The position numbers were made by a program, and so were the translations under genes. A stretch of DNA of 64,000 bases from assembly GCA_963848965.1 (NCBI GenBank), contig CAWKFG010000001.1:1-64000 (forward strand), written 5' to 3'. This document shows, piece by piece, positions 22,521 through 33,557 of this stretch. This DNA is from an uncultured bacterium (GTDB taxonomy: Bacteria > Babelota > Babeliae > Babelales > Babelaceae). The notes beneath the pieces are model-generated. The model saw nothing but the letters and a program-made list of their open reading frames with translations, had not been told where the DNA came from and searched no databases. Each line of letters starts with the position of its first letter. The first letter of the stretch is position 1.

Positions 22521-24251
22521 ATGAATTATAGTCGATATCTTATGTGTATATTTTTAGGTTTTTCTCTGTATGGTATGCAAAAGCCATCAGGAATCCAAGA
22601 ATATCATAAAAAAATTATTGTATTTTTAGATGCAGCTGGTAAGGGTAACAACGCTTTACTTGAAAGGCTCTTGGAACTTTCAGTACCAGTTAACGTCCGT
22701 GATAGTAAAGGTAATACTGCACTTATAATAGCAGCCTCAGTAGGAAAAATAGACACAATAAACTTTCTTATAGAACGTGGCGCATCTGTTAATGCTAAAA
22801 ATGAAGAAGGATGGACACCTCTATTGGTGGCTACAGCAACTGGTCAAACTGATGCTGTACGATGTCTTATTGAAAGAGGTGCGAGTATAAAGTGTGCAGA
22901 TGAGCATGGCGATACTCCTTTATTGCTTGCTGTGCATAATGGCTATATAGATCTTGTAATACTTCTCCTTGATAAGGGAGCGTATCTTGAAGAGATAAAC
23001 AAGCAAAAGTATACTGCTCTTTTGGCTGCAGCAGAAAAAGGTCGTAAAGATTGTGTAATCTTATTACTTGATAGGAATGCTTATATTGAAGCAAGATGTT
23101 ATGAAAAAGATACGCCATTGCTTGTAGCTGCAAATGGAGGTCATGAAGAAATAGTAGAACTGTTGCTTAATAAAGGAGCAGATATAAATGCGTGCAATAA
23201 GCAAGGTGATACTGCATTGATACGAGCAGCGTATAAAGGATATTCAAAAATAGTAAAGCTCCTTTTAGAAAGAGGGGCTCATAAAGAGACTACGAATGAG
23301 TATGGTACTACTGCCTTACTAGCAGCTGCTAGTAAAGGAGATGAGGAGTCAGTCAAGCTCTTGGTAGAAAGCGGAGCACAGATTAATGTACGTAATACAG
23401 ATGGTGCTACTCCTTTAGTCATTGCAGCAGTTAAGCGTCATAAAGAAATAGTAGAGTTTTTTCTTGAGCATGGTGCTGAAATAGACGTAATGCATCGTCG
23501 CGATGTTGCAGAACTGATAGAAGCTGGACAGGTCTTTGTGCAAGAGGATCTTGGCACTTTTATGGCAGCTCTTATGAAGAGAAAATTTAACGAAGTTATT
23601 ATAGCTTTATGTAAAATGGGTTTAAATATCAGAAGACGGTATGAACTTATAGAATATGGAGGCCAAACTATGCTCATAATGGCCGCCCGTTTTGATAATG
23701 CTCCAATAGCTCACTACCTTCTTTGCGAAGGAGCTCTTAGTGACCAAAGTGATGATTATGGCAAGACAGCGCTTATGTATGCAGCTCATCAAGGAAATAT
23801 CTCAATTGTATCTCTACTTATTGATAATAGTGCTAATATTGCTTTAAAAGCGCGGAATGGCACTACTGCTCTTACCTGTGCTTGTAGAGCCGGTCAGATA
23901 GAGGTGGTCAAAAAGCTTATAGCTACAGGAGCTTATCATAATGCATCCTTAGTAAATAGTGCGTTAAGGAGTGCTATAAAGTATAAATACTTTGACATAG
24001 CAAAAGAGCTGTTGGCGACAAGCGCAGTTGATGAGCATGGATACAAAGCTCTTATTGCTACCTTGGAAAAACATTATCCTGAGTGTAATCTAAGACTAAA
24101 AAAGTGTGTTATCTGCGGTACAAACAAAGAAAAACTCAAGATGTGTAGTACTTGTAAAATAGTGCCATACTGCTCCGTGGAGTGCCAAAAGCAGGATTGG
24201 AACATGCGTCATAGATTCGTCTGTCCTTCTTTAACTAAAGCTTCTTACTAA
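22521..24251 (+). CDS. Secreted ankyrin-repeat protein with C-terminal MYND zinc finger
   Basis: Regular ankyrin repeats; CVICG...CSTCKIVPYCSVECQKQDWNMRHRFVC. Confidence 0.9.
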   Translation: MNYSRYLMCIFLGFSLYGMQKPSGIQEYHKKIIVFLDAAGKGNNALLERLLELSVPVNVRDSKGNTALIIAASVGKIDTINFLIERGASVNAKNEEGWTPLLVATATGQTDAVRCLIERGASIKCADEHGDTPLLLAVHNGYIDLVILLLDKGAYLEEINKQKYTALLAAAEKGRKDCVILLLDRNAYIEARCYEKDTPLLVAANGGHEEIVELLLNKGADINACNKQGDTALIRAAYKGYSKIVKLLLERGAHKETTNEYGTTALLAAASKGDEESVKLLVESGAQINVRNTDGATPLVIAAVKRHKEIVEFFLEHGAEIDVMHRRDVAELIEAGQVFVQEDLGTFMAALMKRKFNEVIIALCKMGLNIRRRYELIEYGGQTMLIMAARFDNAPIAHYLLCEGALSDQSDDYGKTALMYAAHQGNISIVSLLIDNSANIALKARNGTTALTCACRAGQIEVVKKLIATGAYHNASLVNSALRSAIKYKYFDIAKELLATSAVDEHGYKALIATLEKHYPECNLRLKKCVICGTNKEKLKMCSTCKIVPYCSVECQKQDWNMRHRFVCPSLTKASY

Positions 24252-24491
24252 GCAGATTTTGTATACTTCTATGAAAAAACTGCCACTACTAAACAGCTGA
24301 ATAAAGCAGGCTTGCTTCATCAATTATATCTTATGTGATAAACAACTTCTGTACAGATACAAGTGGTTATTGTACTAGCAGAATAAAAGATATATTGAAT
24401 ATTAGTTTTAGGGGCCCCACAGATATTTTTTGACAAATTGGCTATAAAGTGTAAGCTAGAGAGGTAAACTATTTTTAAAGATAAGGACCTT

Positions 24492-25496
24492 ATGAAGAAT
24501 CTATTAGCAGTAGGAATATGTCTTTTAGCTATGTCATCTCTTTATGGCATGGAAAAAGACTACTCAAAGATTGCATTAAACACTAATGATATTAAGCTCA
24601 TTCGTATTGAAGCTTTCGTAACTCAAAAGATAAATGACCTTATTAAGCAAAATTTCGGTTGTGTTGCAGAAAGACTTGAAGCGATCAATAAGAAAGAAGT
24701 GCTGGATAATACAGACTATGAGTCTATAGAAAGCCTTGTAAAAAAGCTCGTTAGCATTGTATACAGGGATTTAGAAGCTGCAAAGAGTCAAACTATAGAA
24801 GCAGTTATTGAATTTTTAGTAGAGCAACACCTTAAAAAGGTATTCCCGCGCCTTTACGCAAATAAAAAGAGAAAAGTACAGGAGATAATTCCTCATCGAG
24901 TATCTTCAAAAGTTGCGCGCCTCATAGAAGGTGCAGATGTATCTTTAACTAATAAATTCTTACAAGCGACTCCATTAATTAATGCAGTAAAACAAAGAAA
25001 TATTGTCCTTGTTCGTAGCCTTATACACACAAGCGATGTAAATGAGCGTGACGGTAATGGGCGTACTGCTTTAATGCATGCATGTGCTCTTGGTTTTGAA
25101 GATATAGTCGATCTATTACTCTTTGAAGGAAAAGCTGATAGTTCATTAACTGATGAAGATGGTAACTCAGTTCTATTCTTTGCAGCAGAACATGGTCATG
25201 CTTCACTGGTAAAGATGTTTATAGAAGCCTATGGTATGGATGTAAATAGTGTAAATAGTCGTGGAACACCACTGCTTGTCTTAGCCTCATTTAAAGGGCA
25301 TTTGGGCGTAGTGCAAGAGCTGCTTCAACATCATCCAAAAGTTGTGGCTGTTGATGCACTTGGTAATAATGCATTACATGCTGCAGTATCTTCTGGTAAT
25401 AGCATACTTGTAAAAGTTCTTATAGAAGCAGGAGTACCGCTTAATACACCTAATAACCGTGGACAAAATCCATTAAATATTGCACTTGGTATATAA
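24492..25496 (+). CDS. Secreted ankyrin-repeat protein
   Basis: Signal ending SLYG|MEK; GRTALMHAC, GNNALHAA. Confidence 0.9.
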   Translation: MKNLLAVGICLLAMSSLYGMEKDYSKIALNTNDIKLIRIEAFVTQKINDLIKQNFGCVAERLEAINKKEVLDNTDYESIESLVKKLVSIVYRDLEAAKSQTIEAVIEFLVEQHLKKVFPRLYANKKRKVQEIIPHRVSSKVARLIEGADVSLTNKFLQATPLINAVKQRNIVLVRSLIHTSDVNERDGNGRTALMHACALGFEDIVDLLLFEGKADSSLTDEDGNSVLFFAAEHGHASLVKMFIEAYGMDVNSVNSRGTPLLVLASFKGHLGVVQELLQHHPKVVAVDALGNNALHAAVSSGNSILVKVLIEAGVPLNTPNNRGQNPLNIALGI

Positions 25497-25559
25497 ACGT
25501 TTGCTTTCTTACATGCATTGGCATAAGCTTCCTAGTAAGAAGGGTTTGCAGGAGATATT

Positions 25560-26798
25560 ATGAATTTATTATATAAGCTGACTATAGTTCTTTTATGTTC
25601 TATAAGTAGTATTATAGGTATGGAGCAAGACTTTGCAGAAAAGTATGCCCAGATGCCTCTTGAAGCTTCAGAAGAAGAGAAAGTACAGGTAATAACTGTT
25701 CTTGATAAAGTAATGGAACGTTACTTTACTGTGTTAAAAGATGCTTTTGCAAAAGCAGAAGAGAATCAACTACTTTATAGCACTATCATAGAAGAGCTAT
25801 GTAAAGAGATTAAAACGTCTGTATTGCAAGCGCTTGAAAAAGAAGGTGATGAGCGAGCTGGAAAAATAATAGATTATTTTATCAACGTGAGCCTTTTAAA
25901 AAGCTTTGGCTGTCAGCTTGTGTGTAAAGTGGCAAATACTCCTTCAACTTTAAAGGTTGCTAGTTCTTTAGCAACAGGTAAAAGAAAAGAAAGCGAAAAA
26001 GATCCAATACAAGAGCAGCCCCTGTTAAAGCAAGAGAAGCGGCCTAAACAAGAAAATGGGGTAAGTGGAATCAATACAATGCTCTTAATTGGAGCTGTGC
26101 AAGAGCGTAATAATGCTCTACTTCAGCTTCTTCTAACTAAAGACATTAACGTTGATGGTCAAGATAAAGAAGGTCGTACTGCTTTAATGCATGCATGTGC
26201 GCTAGGTGCTCAGTTAGAAGCAGAGGTGTTGCTTTTAGAAGGACATGCAAATTGTTCGTTAATGGATAACAAAGGAAACTCTGCTCTTTTCTTTGCAGCA
26301 GGTAATGGCCATGCTTCGCTTGTAAAGATGTTTATAACACTTTATAGCATGAGTCCAGATAGTAAAAATGGAGCAGGAATACCAGTGCTTGTATTAGCTG
26401 CGCTTAATGGGCACTTTGGTGTTGTTAATGAGCTTCTTGATCTTAAGGCTGATGTTCATGTATGTGATAGCGCTGGTCATACTCCACTTATGGCAGCAGT
26501 TATTTCGGGAAATGAAGAGCTTGTAGCGAGACTTATAGAAGCAAAGTCACCACTTAATAATTGTAATGGTGATGGAGAAACTGCATTAGTGCTTGCATTA
26601 AAGGCAGCTGCTGGTCTTATTAAAAAACTTGACGGCGGACTTTCATCTCAAACTTATAAAACTATTGCTCTTATGTTGGTTCAAGCGGGTGCCGATCTTT
26701 ATATAACTAATAAACAAAGTCTTAATGCGCTTTTAATTGCTCAAACGCACCTAGAAGACTTTTTAACAGTTCTTTTAGACGCATCAACTCAAAAATAG
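25560..26798 (+). CDS. Secreted ankyrin-repeat protein, paralogue of the upstream gene
   Basis: Signal ending IIG|MEQ; shares GRTALMHACALG and GHASLVKMFI with 24492. Confidence 0.9.
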   Translation: MNLLYKLTIVLLCSISSIIGMEQDFAEKYAQMPLEASEEEKVQVITVLDKVMERYFTVLKDAFAKAEENQLLYSTIIEELCKEIKTSVLQALEKEGDERAGKIIDYFINVSLLKSFGCQLVCKVANTPSTLKVASSLATGKRKESEKDPIQEQPLLKQEKRPKQENGVSGINTMLLIGAVQERNNALLQLLLTKDINVDGQDKEGRTALMHACALGAQLEAEVLLLEGHANCSLMDNKGNSALFFAAGNGHASLVKMFITLYSMSPDSKNGAGIPVLVLAALNGHFGVVNELLDLKADVHVCDSAGHTPLMAAVISGNEELVARLIEAKSPLNNCNGDGETALVLALKAAAGLIKKLDGGLSSQTYKTIALMLVQAGADLYITNKQSLNALLIAQTHLEDFLTVLLDASTQK

Positions 26799-26800
26799 CG

Positions 26801-27925
26801 CTATGCTCTTGGCATAATAAGAAGAGCGTTGGCTACTGGTCGTTCGCCATACTTTCCATAGGTGAGTCCATACTCACTTGAGGGGGAATTAACTATTTTG
26901 TTGTGTATTACCATAGTAGAAGAGTTATCTCCATCAAGATTAAGGGCTGTGACGCACCCTCGATCTTTAAGTAGTTGAGCAAGCTCTAAAAGAGAGGAGC
27001 CTCTACTTGAAGATTGATAACCGTCCACTACCACAAAAAGCCACTGTCCATTAGAAAGAAGGCCTACTGCTGTTCGTGGATGACGTTCTACATAAAATGG
27101 CGTTTTCTTTTTATATAAGCTTTGTACAATAACTCCATTCTTTAGTAAAAGAGGAGTGCTACCTAAAAGATAGTCCATAGTATGCCATTCATAAGTACAG
27201 TTACTTCCAGTAAATTTTTTTTCTATAGAAACCGGAACACCCGTTTTAAAAGGAACTGAAGTATCTTCAAGTGCATACACATATCCAGCACGAGGAATAG
27301 GAGTATTGCCTTGTCCTTGTATGATTTTTGTAACAGTAGTATGTTCGATAACTACCTCGGTTACTTTGCTTTTTAAAGGGGTCGTAAGACCATAAGCAGG
27401 CGTATAGAGTGTTGGCCCTTTAGCATATCGTTTATTCATATTCTTTATAGGATACTGTTTGTTATCTATGCTTATTGTCCACGATGTCTGAACAGCATCA
27501 AGTGCTACTTTCTGTCCATCTTCACTCCAGCCAAGCAAAGCTCCTTTGATATTAGAAAGAGAAAGCCATGCATCTTTTACTTTAAGACAGAAAACAGGAA
27601 ACGCATAATAAGGATAGATACCAACGAGCTCTAGCAACTTTATAAGAGTATACATGATAGTATTTTTCTGACCAAAATCAAAAAAACCTCCATTAACTGC
27701 AGCAACTGCCCGGTTGCGTTGAGCTATAGATGATGTTGTCTCTGCGTTGCCGTAATAAGACTGAGCTGGTTCAAGTACAATACGCGCTTTCTGTGGATCA
27801 ACCATTAAATAGTGAATTGATAATGAAGGCGCAGCTACATGCTCATACTCAACTCCCGGAATAACTATCTGTCCATAGTTATACTGTGTTGAAAAGCAAA
27901 AGAGAATAATCCATATCTTACGCAT
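26801..27925 (-). CDS. Phosphodiester glycosidase (NAGPA/DUF2233) family protein
   Basis: AVNGGFF, HPRTAVG, VVDG, ALNLDG.SSTM, RPVANAL. Confidence 0.85.
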   Translation of the reverse strand: MRKIWIILFCFSTQYNYGQIVIPGVEYEHVAAPSLSIHYLMVDPQKARIVLEPAQSYYGNAETTSSIAQRNRAVAAVNGGFFDFGQKNTIMYTLIKLLELVGIYPYYAFPVFCLKVKDAWLSLSNIKGALLGWSEDGQKVALDAVQTSWTISIDNKQYPIKNMNKRYAKGPTLYTPAYGLTTPLKSKVTEVVIEHTTVTKIIQGQGNTPIPRAGYVYALEDTSVPFKTGVPVSIEKKFTGSNCTYEWHTMDYLLGSTPLLLKNGVIVQSLYKKKTPFYVERHPRTAVGLLSNGQWLFVVVDGYQSSSRGSSLLELAQLLKDRGCVTALNLDGDNSSTMVIHNKIVNSPSSEYGLTYGKYGERPVANALLIMPRA

Positions 27926-28140
27926 ATCTTTCCTTAAGATGTATCCTTATTAAAAATACTATAGCGTATATTATAGTCTTTCGCTACTGGGCCTTTATAT
28001 TATTTTTCTTATCGAATTCAAAGCTTTTTTAAGTAAGTGCTTGGCTTGCGCCAAATGAGCTTTATTAATTCAATTTGACAAATGAATATGGTTATTTATA
28101 CTAAAAGATACCAATTTATTAAGAAGTATGAAAGGTTCTA

Positions 28141-29274
28141 ATGAAGAAAAGTTTAGTTCTTGCATGCGTGATGATCTTTGGTACCTCTTCTTTAAGATGT
28201 ATGGAACCTAAGAGAGCTCGCAATGAAAATTTTACAAGGCATTCTGTGCCGGAGAAGAAGGTAAAAAAAGAGAGTACTCAAACTGCTTTTATTGAAGCAA
28301 TATGTGCTGGAGATACAACAGAGATACTACGGCAAAAAGAATTAGGAGCTTGCTTAAATGTACATGACGATGAGGGAAGATTGCCCTTAGTAGAAGCAGC
28401 ACGTGTAGGTGATATGAGTACGTGCAATTTACTTATCTATGAGGGTGCAGAGGTTAATAAGATAGATAAAAATGGACAGACTGCGCTTATAGCTGCTATT
28501 AAAAGCGGTCATTATGACATCATGCATATGCTTTTAGAATCTGGAGTTTCGCTTACTACACATGGTCAAGGGTTAAGTGCTCTTTTTGCTGCGGCACAGG
28601 CAGGTAATAGTGTAGTGCTTAAAGCCCTGTTAGATGCTCGCGTTCCTCTTAATACTAGTAGTATAACAGAGATGCTTAAAAGAGCTTGTAATGTAGGACA
28701 TCTTCCTTTTGTTTGTGAATATATGAATTTGCTTAATTGTTCTCTTTTACAAAAGATTATAACTATTTTGGCTCAACAGCAAGATGTAAAAGAAATTGCT
28801 TTATTGCTGAGTATCGGTGCTGATGAAGAATTATCAAAATATAGGGCTAATCCTATTGGGTATAAAGATATGGCACTTGCTCATAAGGTTGGTTATTATA
28901 AAATAAAAGCATTGTTCGGTGCATGTATCTTTGGGCATACGGAGATAGTTTCTTTGTTACTTAAGGAAATGCCAAAAATGTACAGTAATACACGGGATAA
29001 ATTTGCAAGAACAGCTGTTTTATATGCAATGCGCTATGGTTACACAGATATAGTGCATATGATGCTTGAGCATCAGGGTAAGGCTTTTATTACTAATGCA
29101 GATGATGTAGCGGCAGCATTTAATTATGCTATTAAAGCCCATGATGTAAAGGCAATAAAGATACTTAGTGCTTTTGGTGCTCAATGTGGTATGAGCCATA
29201 TAGAACTTGCTTGTAAGGTTAATGATGAGCAAGTTACACAAGCAGTTATTGAAAATTATTATAAGGTAACGTAA
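28141..29274 (+). CDS. Secreted ankyrin-repeat protein
   Basis: Signal ending LRC|MEPKR; GQTALIAA repeats. Confidence 0.85.
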   Translation: MKKSLVLACVMIFGTSSLRCMEPKRARNENFTRHSVPEKKVKKESTQTAFIEAICAGDTTEILRQKELGACLNVHDDEGRLPLVEAARVGDMSTCNLLIYEGAEVNKIDKNGQTALIAAIKSGHYDIMHMLLESGVSLTTHGQGLSALFAAAQAGNSVVLKALLDARVPLNTSSITEMLKRACNVGHLPFVCEYMNLLNCSLLQKIITILAQQQDVKEIALLLSIGADEELSKYRANPIGYKDMALAHKVGYYKIKALFGACIFGHTEIVSLLLKEMPKMYSNTRDKFARTAVLYAMRYGYTDIVHMMLEHQGKAFITNADDVAAAFNYAIKAHDVKAIKILSAFGAQCGMSHIELACKVNDEQVTQAVIENYYKVT

Positions 29275-29435
29275 TGCTTCTGAAAAACAGAATTCTGGTG
29301 ATGAATATTAGAAATAATTTAACAGCAGAGATTAAATTTGCTTGCTTGATTAATTTTTTTAATAATGCTAATGTGAATAATGGAGTTTTGTTAATGTTAT
29401 ATAAAAGATCATAGTGAAAATTTTAGGAAAAGCAT

Positions 29436-31988
29436 ATGAACAAACTTTTTATATCTCTTATTATAGCTTGCCTCTCTTCTGCGCTTTTTGCGTCAGAATG
29501 TAATGAAAATGGCAAGCGCAATGCAGATAAGATAGAGAATGATGGTGTAAAAAAAGCTTGTATAAGGGAAGAGTCTAGTGCTCAAAATGAGGTAATAGCT
29601 CTTCTTTCGGAGCGTATAAAGTTTTTTGATACTGTTATTGAACGATTAACGGCTTTAAAAGAGCAGCAAGCAGAACAAAAGCTTGAAATATCTTCTTTAA
29701 GAAAGGCTTTAAGAGTTCAGGATAAGGGAAAAAAATCAGAAAGTGCTCCTGCGCCTATGGAAATTGAATCAGCAAGTCCAAAAGAATCACTGGTTCATCA
29801 GCTCTTAAAAGCAGGAAAAACAGGAAGTCTAGCTGCAGTAAGCTCTGTACTAAAAGCAGCGCCACCTGCAGCACCAAAAGCTTCTCCTTCTATTAAGTCG
29901 CTGCAACCTGTTGCAAGAAAATCTATAGGCGGAGTATCTCCTTTTGCAAAGAGACACAAAGAGCAGCTTACTCCATCATCATCGCCAAAGGTGCCTAAGC
30001 GTCCTGTTGTTCAGCCAGCAAAGACTATAGAAGGGGATGAATCCGAAAATAAATTATTTAAATGTCTATTCTCTCTTAAAAATCATAAAGGACCTATTGC
30101 TGCGCTTGCGTGTGATATGGAAGGAACGCGTATTTTTTCTGTAGGAAGTTTAGATAAAATGCTTAACATCTGGGATGCTCGCGCTAAACTTGTTATTAAA
30201 ACGCATCGTCTTTCTATAGCTCCTCTATTTTTAAAAGAGTATACTTCACAAACTCTTGCTTTAGGTGCTCCCCAAGGACATCTCGATCTCCTTGCACTTG
30301 ATACTGGAGAAATAAAAGAGCGTAGAGGTAAAGAAGGGCGAGGTATTACTGCGTTAGCACTCAGTCCAGATAAAAAGTTCCTAGCACGCGGTACAACTCG
30401 TGGTGCAAAACATGCTCTGTCTCTTTGGCAAATAGGAGCTGAGAAGAAAGACCGTTATGACTACTTTAACCCTATACGTGCCCTTAGTTTTACAGAGGAT
30501 AGTAAATCGGTGATTATTGCTACTGGTGCTACTATTATAGTAATCCGTAATGATACAAAAGAGAGCGTGACTATGCAAGGACATCTAAGTCCGGTGACGC
30601 ATCTCTGTGCTTTAGGTGATCAATGTTTTGCTTCTGCAGCTGACGATGGCAGTATATTTATATGGGATCTTAAAGATCGTGAACTCAAACATAGAATAGA
30701 AAAGGCTCACTCACAAGAGATAACAGCTCTTACTTTTAATGCTCACGAAAATATCCTTGTATCAGGAAGCAAGGATGGAATCGTTAAATGTTGGAACATT
30801 AAAGAGGGAACCTGCTATGATATGATACGATGTTCTGATGTAAAAGGAATTACTGCGCTTTGCTGTAACCCTATAAAAGGAGATATTATTGTGGGGTTAT
30901 CAGAAGAAGAGATACAGGTATGGCAGGTATGTGTACCTAAAGAAAAGGCTCCACAGCCTCTTCCTCGAGTACCCGACTATCAGGATATGCCGGATGTTCA
31001 TCAATTAGGAGTACCTAGTGAGAAAACTCTTGCTAGGCATTCTTTGCCTGAAAAACCGGCGGTACCTACTAGTGCAAGTACGCCTACTTTAAGCAGTGCA
31101 GTTACTAAGCTCTGTATTTCTGGTAATCCGGAAGAAATCATAGCTGGATATGCAGATGGAAGCATTAAGCGAATTACACCAAAAGGACAAATACCCTTAT
31201 TGGAAGGTCATGCAGGTGCAGTTTTAGATATGTACTTAAGTCCTTATGTGCTTCAACAGCTTATTTCATGTTCACAAGATGGTACTATACGTGTGTGGGA
31301 TTTAACAACAAATAGTTGTATTACTACTTTAGGAAGTGATGGTAGCGTAGCCTCCATTACCTCAGTTATTCCGCATCCTAATCCTACGTTTAAAGAGATA
31401 CTTATTTCAACTTCTCTAGATAAAACGGTAAAGATATGGGATATGGGAAGTGGTAGTTGTATTCAAACCCTACGAGAAATTACACCAGTTTCTTTAGCAA
31501 TACCGGTTATTTCTAACGTGCATCAACTTATTACTGCTTCTGGAACTCATATAACTCTTTGGGATCTTACAGAAGGAACTATATTACATACACGCGAAGC
31601 GGCAAATAGTAATATTACAGCTCTACTACCGTATTGTACTGAAGAGACTAAAAATGGTGTGGTAGTAGGTTCAGCAGATGGTACAATATTTATAGTTAAT
31701 GTTGATACCGGTTTTCTTGTAGGAAAATTGCAAGGCCATAAAGGTCAGATTAATGCACTGTGGTCCCCGCCGGGTGACAAGCGTCTTCTTGTATCGACTT
31801 CACAGGATGGCAGTGCTCGAGTATGGGATATGAAAACATCTAAATGTATTTATGTTTCTACTGAAGCAAATGGCTATCATACTGCATTATTACCGCATCC
31901 TAGTAATCCGGTAACTATGTTAGTAGGTACTTCTCGTGGTACAATTCAGGAGCTACTCTATCCGGTGATGCAAAAAGGTAGTAAGTAA
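29436..31988 (+). CDS. Secreted coiled-coil protein with two WD40 propeller regions
   Basis: Repeated GH...S.DG.I..WD motifs in two blocks. Confidence 0.9.
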   Translation: MNKLFISLIIACLSSALFASECNENGKRNADKIENDGVKKACIREESSAQNEVIALLSERIKFFDTVIERLTALKEQQAEQKLEISSLRKALRVQDKGKKSESAPAPMEIESASPKESLVHQLLKAGKTGSLAAVSSVLKAAPPAAPKASPSIKSLQPVARKSIGGVSPFAKRHKEQLTPSSSPKVPKRPVVQPAKTIEGDESENKLFKCLFSLKNHKGPIAALACDMEGTRIFSVGSLDKMLNIWDARAKLVIKTHRLSIAPLFLKEYTSQTLALGAPQGHLDLLALDTGEIKERRGKEGRGITALALSPDKKFLARGTTRGAKHALSLWQIGAEKKDRYDYFNPIRALSFTEDSKSVIIATGATIIVIRNDTKESVTMQGHLSPVTHLCALGDQCFASAADDGSIFIWDLKDRELKHRIEKAHSQEITALTFNAHENILVSGSKDGIVKCWNIKEGTCYDMIRCSDVKGITALCCNPIKGDIIVGLSEEEIQVWQVCVPKEKAPQPLPRVPDYQDMPDVHQLGVPSEKTLARHSLPEKPAVPTSASTPTLSSAVTKLCISGNPEEIIAGYADGSIKRITPKGQIPLLEGHAGAVLDMYLSPYVLQQLISCSQDGTIRVWDLTTNSCITTLGSDGSVASITSVIPHPNPTFKEILISTSLDKTVKIWDMGSGSCIQTLREITPVSLAIPVISNVHQLITASGTHITLWDLTEGTILHTREAANSNITALLPYCTEETKNGVVVGSADGTIFIVNVDTGFLVGKLQGHKGQINALWSPPGDKRLLVSTSQDGSARVWDMKTSKCIYVSTEANGYHTALLPHPSNPVTMLVGTSRGTIQELLYPVMQKGSK

Positions 31989-32002
31989 AAACTAGAGAGA
32001 GC

Positions 32003-33367
32003 ATGAAAAAACTGTTATTTCTTATAAGCATTTTCTTTCTATCTACTGTAAATGCAGGAGGAGATAATCAGTATCTTCAATTAGAAGAGCCGTTAGTAGT
32101 GTTCTCTCTTGTAAAGCAAGTGATTGAAAAACGTTCTCTTGCGCTTGATAAAATTGAAGAGCATCTCAAAACTCTTATTTCTAATTATATACAGCTTTAC
32201 GAGCATTTAGGAGTGCTAGAAAAGGGCAATACATATAAGGAGAGTTCGTTATCTCCACGTTTAAAAGCCCTTTTGCAGAGTGTAGGACGTCTTATGAGGG
32301 TATCATTGCATATAACAGAGCATACAAAATGGAATAGCATGCTTGATATTCTTAGAGAGCAAGATCAACGTATTAAGAATATTGAAGTCTGCATGTCTGA
32401 GCTTGAAGCATTACAGAATGATATTCAGCAGAGACTTAAAGAGATACATAAAAAGGGTTCAAAGGTACCAAAGCTTGTTCATAAGAACACTATAGTAGGC
32501 ATTCTGCTTGCACTTTATAACGCTAAAATGGACAAGCTTATTGCTTATTACGAAGATGATACTATTCGTATATGGGATCTTAAAACAGGTCAGTGGACAT
32601 TTGGTTTAGGAAGTGCTTATAAACGTATTGTTTTTGATCTTTGTACGCATGGTAACACTAGTTCTGAATATATTGTGGGGTTATCAGAGAGCATTGAGTT
32701 ATGGAATGAACGTGAACGTATTTGGAGATCAGAAAAATCTTTAGGGGACTGTTGTAGAGCGCTCTGTACAAGTCCTCATAACCCTAGTTTGCTGGTCTCA
32801 GGACATGGTAATGGGGCTGTACGGTTGTGGGATATTCCATCAAGGCAATATATTGAAGATGCTGTGGTACATGATGACATGGTCTTCGCTTTATGTATAA
32901 CACCTAAGAACTTTTTGGTAACGAGCACTCTTAGAGGGAAAATGAAAATAAAGCGTCTCGCACAAGATACAAGAGCATATGCTCTTGATATTGGCCATGA
33001 AATAGTATCGATACATTCTGACCCTTTAAATAGTGATCAGGTCCTCGTAGTAGGTGAGGGCATAGAACTGTGGGATATAGAGGCAAGAAAACGAGTAAGT
33101 GCTTTTGGTGTAGGAAATAAAATTACGAGTTGTGCTGTTAAAGAGTTTCCTTACCTCATTGCTACTGGTCAAGAAAACGGAGTTATCAAACTATGGAATG
33201 GGGTAACTGAAAAGTGCCTTTCCCGTATTGAGGCTCATACAGGTCCTCTCATTAACCTTGCTTTTAGAGGAGAAAATCAGCTTATTTCAGCTGGTGAAGA
33301 TGGTACTATTAAGCTCTGGCAGCTAAAAGATGATGAATGGTTACTTCTTCAAGTATTAGTGCCATAA
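32003..33367 (+). CDS. Secreted coiled-coil + WD40 protein
   Basis: TIRIWD, AVRLWD, AH...SAGEDGTIKLW. Confidence 0.85.
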   Translation: MKKLLFLISIFFLSTVNAGGDNQYLQLEEPLVVFSLVKQVIEKRSLALDKIEEHLKTLISNYIQLYEHLGVLEKGNTYKESSLSPRLKALLQSVGRLMRVSLHITEHTKWNSMLDILREQDQRIKNIEVCMSELEALQNDIQQRLKEIHKKGSKVPKLVHKNTIVGILLALYNAKMDKLIAYYEDDTIRIWDLKTGQWTFGLGSAYKRIVFDLCTHGNTSSEYIVGLSESIELWNERERIWRSEKSLGDCCRALCTSPHNPSLLVSGHGNGAVRLWDIPSRQYIEDAVVHDDMVFALCITPKNFLVTSTLRGKMKIKRLAQDTRAYALDIGHEIVSIHSDPLNSDQVLVVGEGIELWDIEARKRVSAFGVGNKITSCAVKEFPYLIATGQENGVIKLWNGVTEKCLSRIEAHTGPLINLAFRGENQLISAGEDGTIKLWQLKDDEWLLLQVLVP

Positions 33368-33557
33368 TTTGAGACTAAGAGCTTTCTAAGGGGCGTTTGC
33401 TTTTAGAGCTCATTTTTTTTAAAATGCCTATAAGTGAAACTCTAGCATAACGTATGAGATTTTGCTTATCTTATTATAATACTCGTTAACTCGAGGGCGT
33501 TATCCGAAAACGTGTTTGGGCTGAAATTGTTAAAGAATTAAGAATAAAGGAGGTCCC

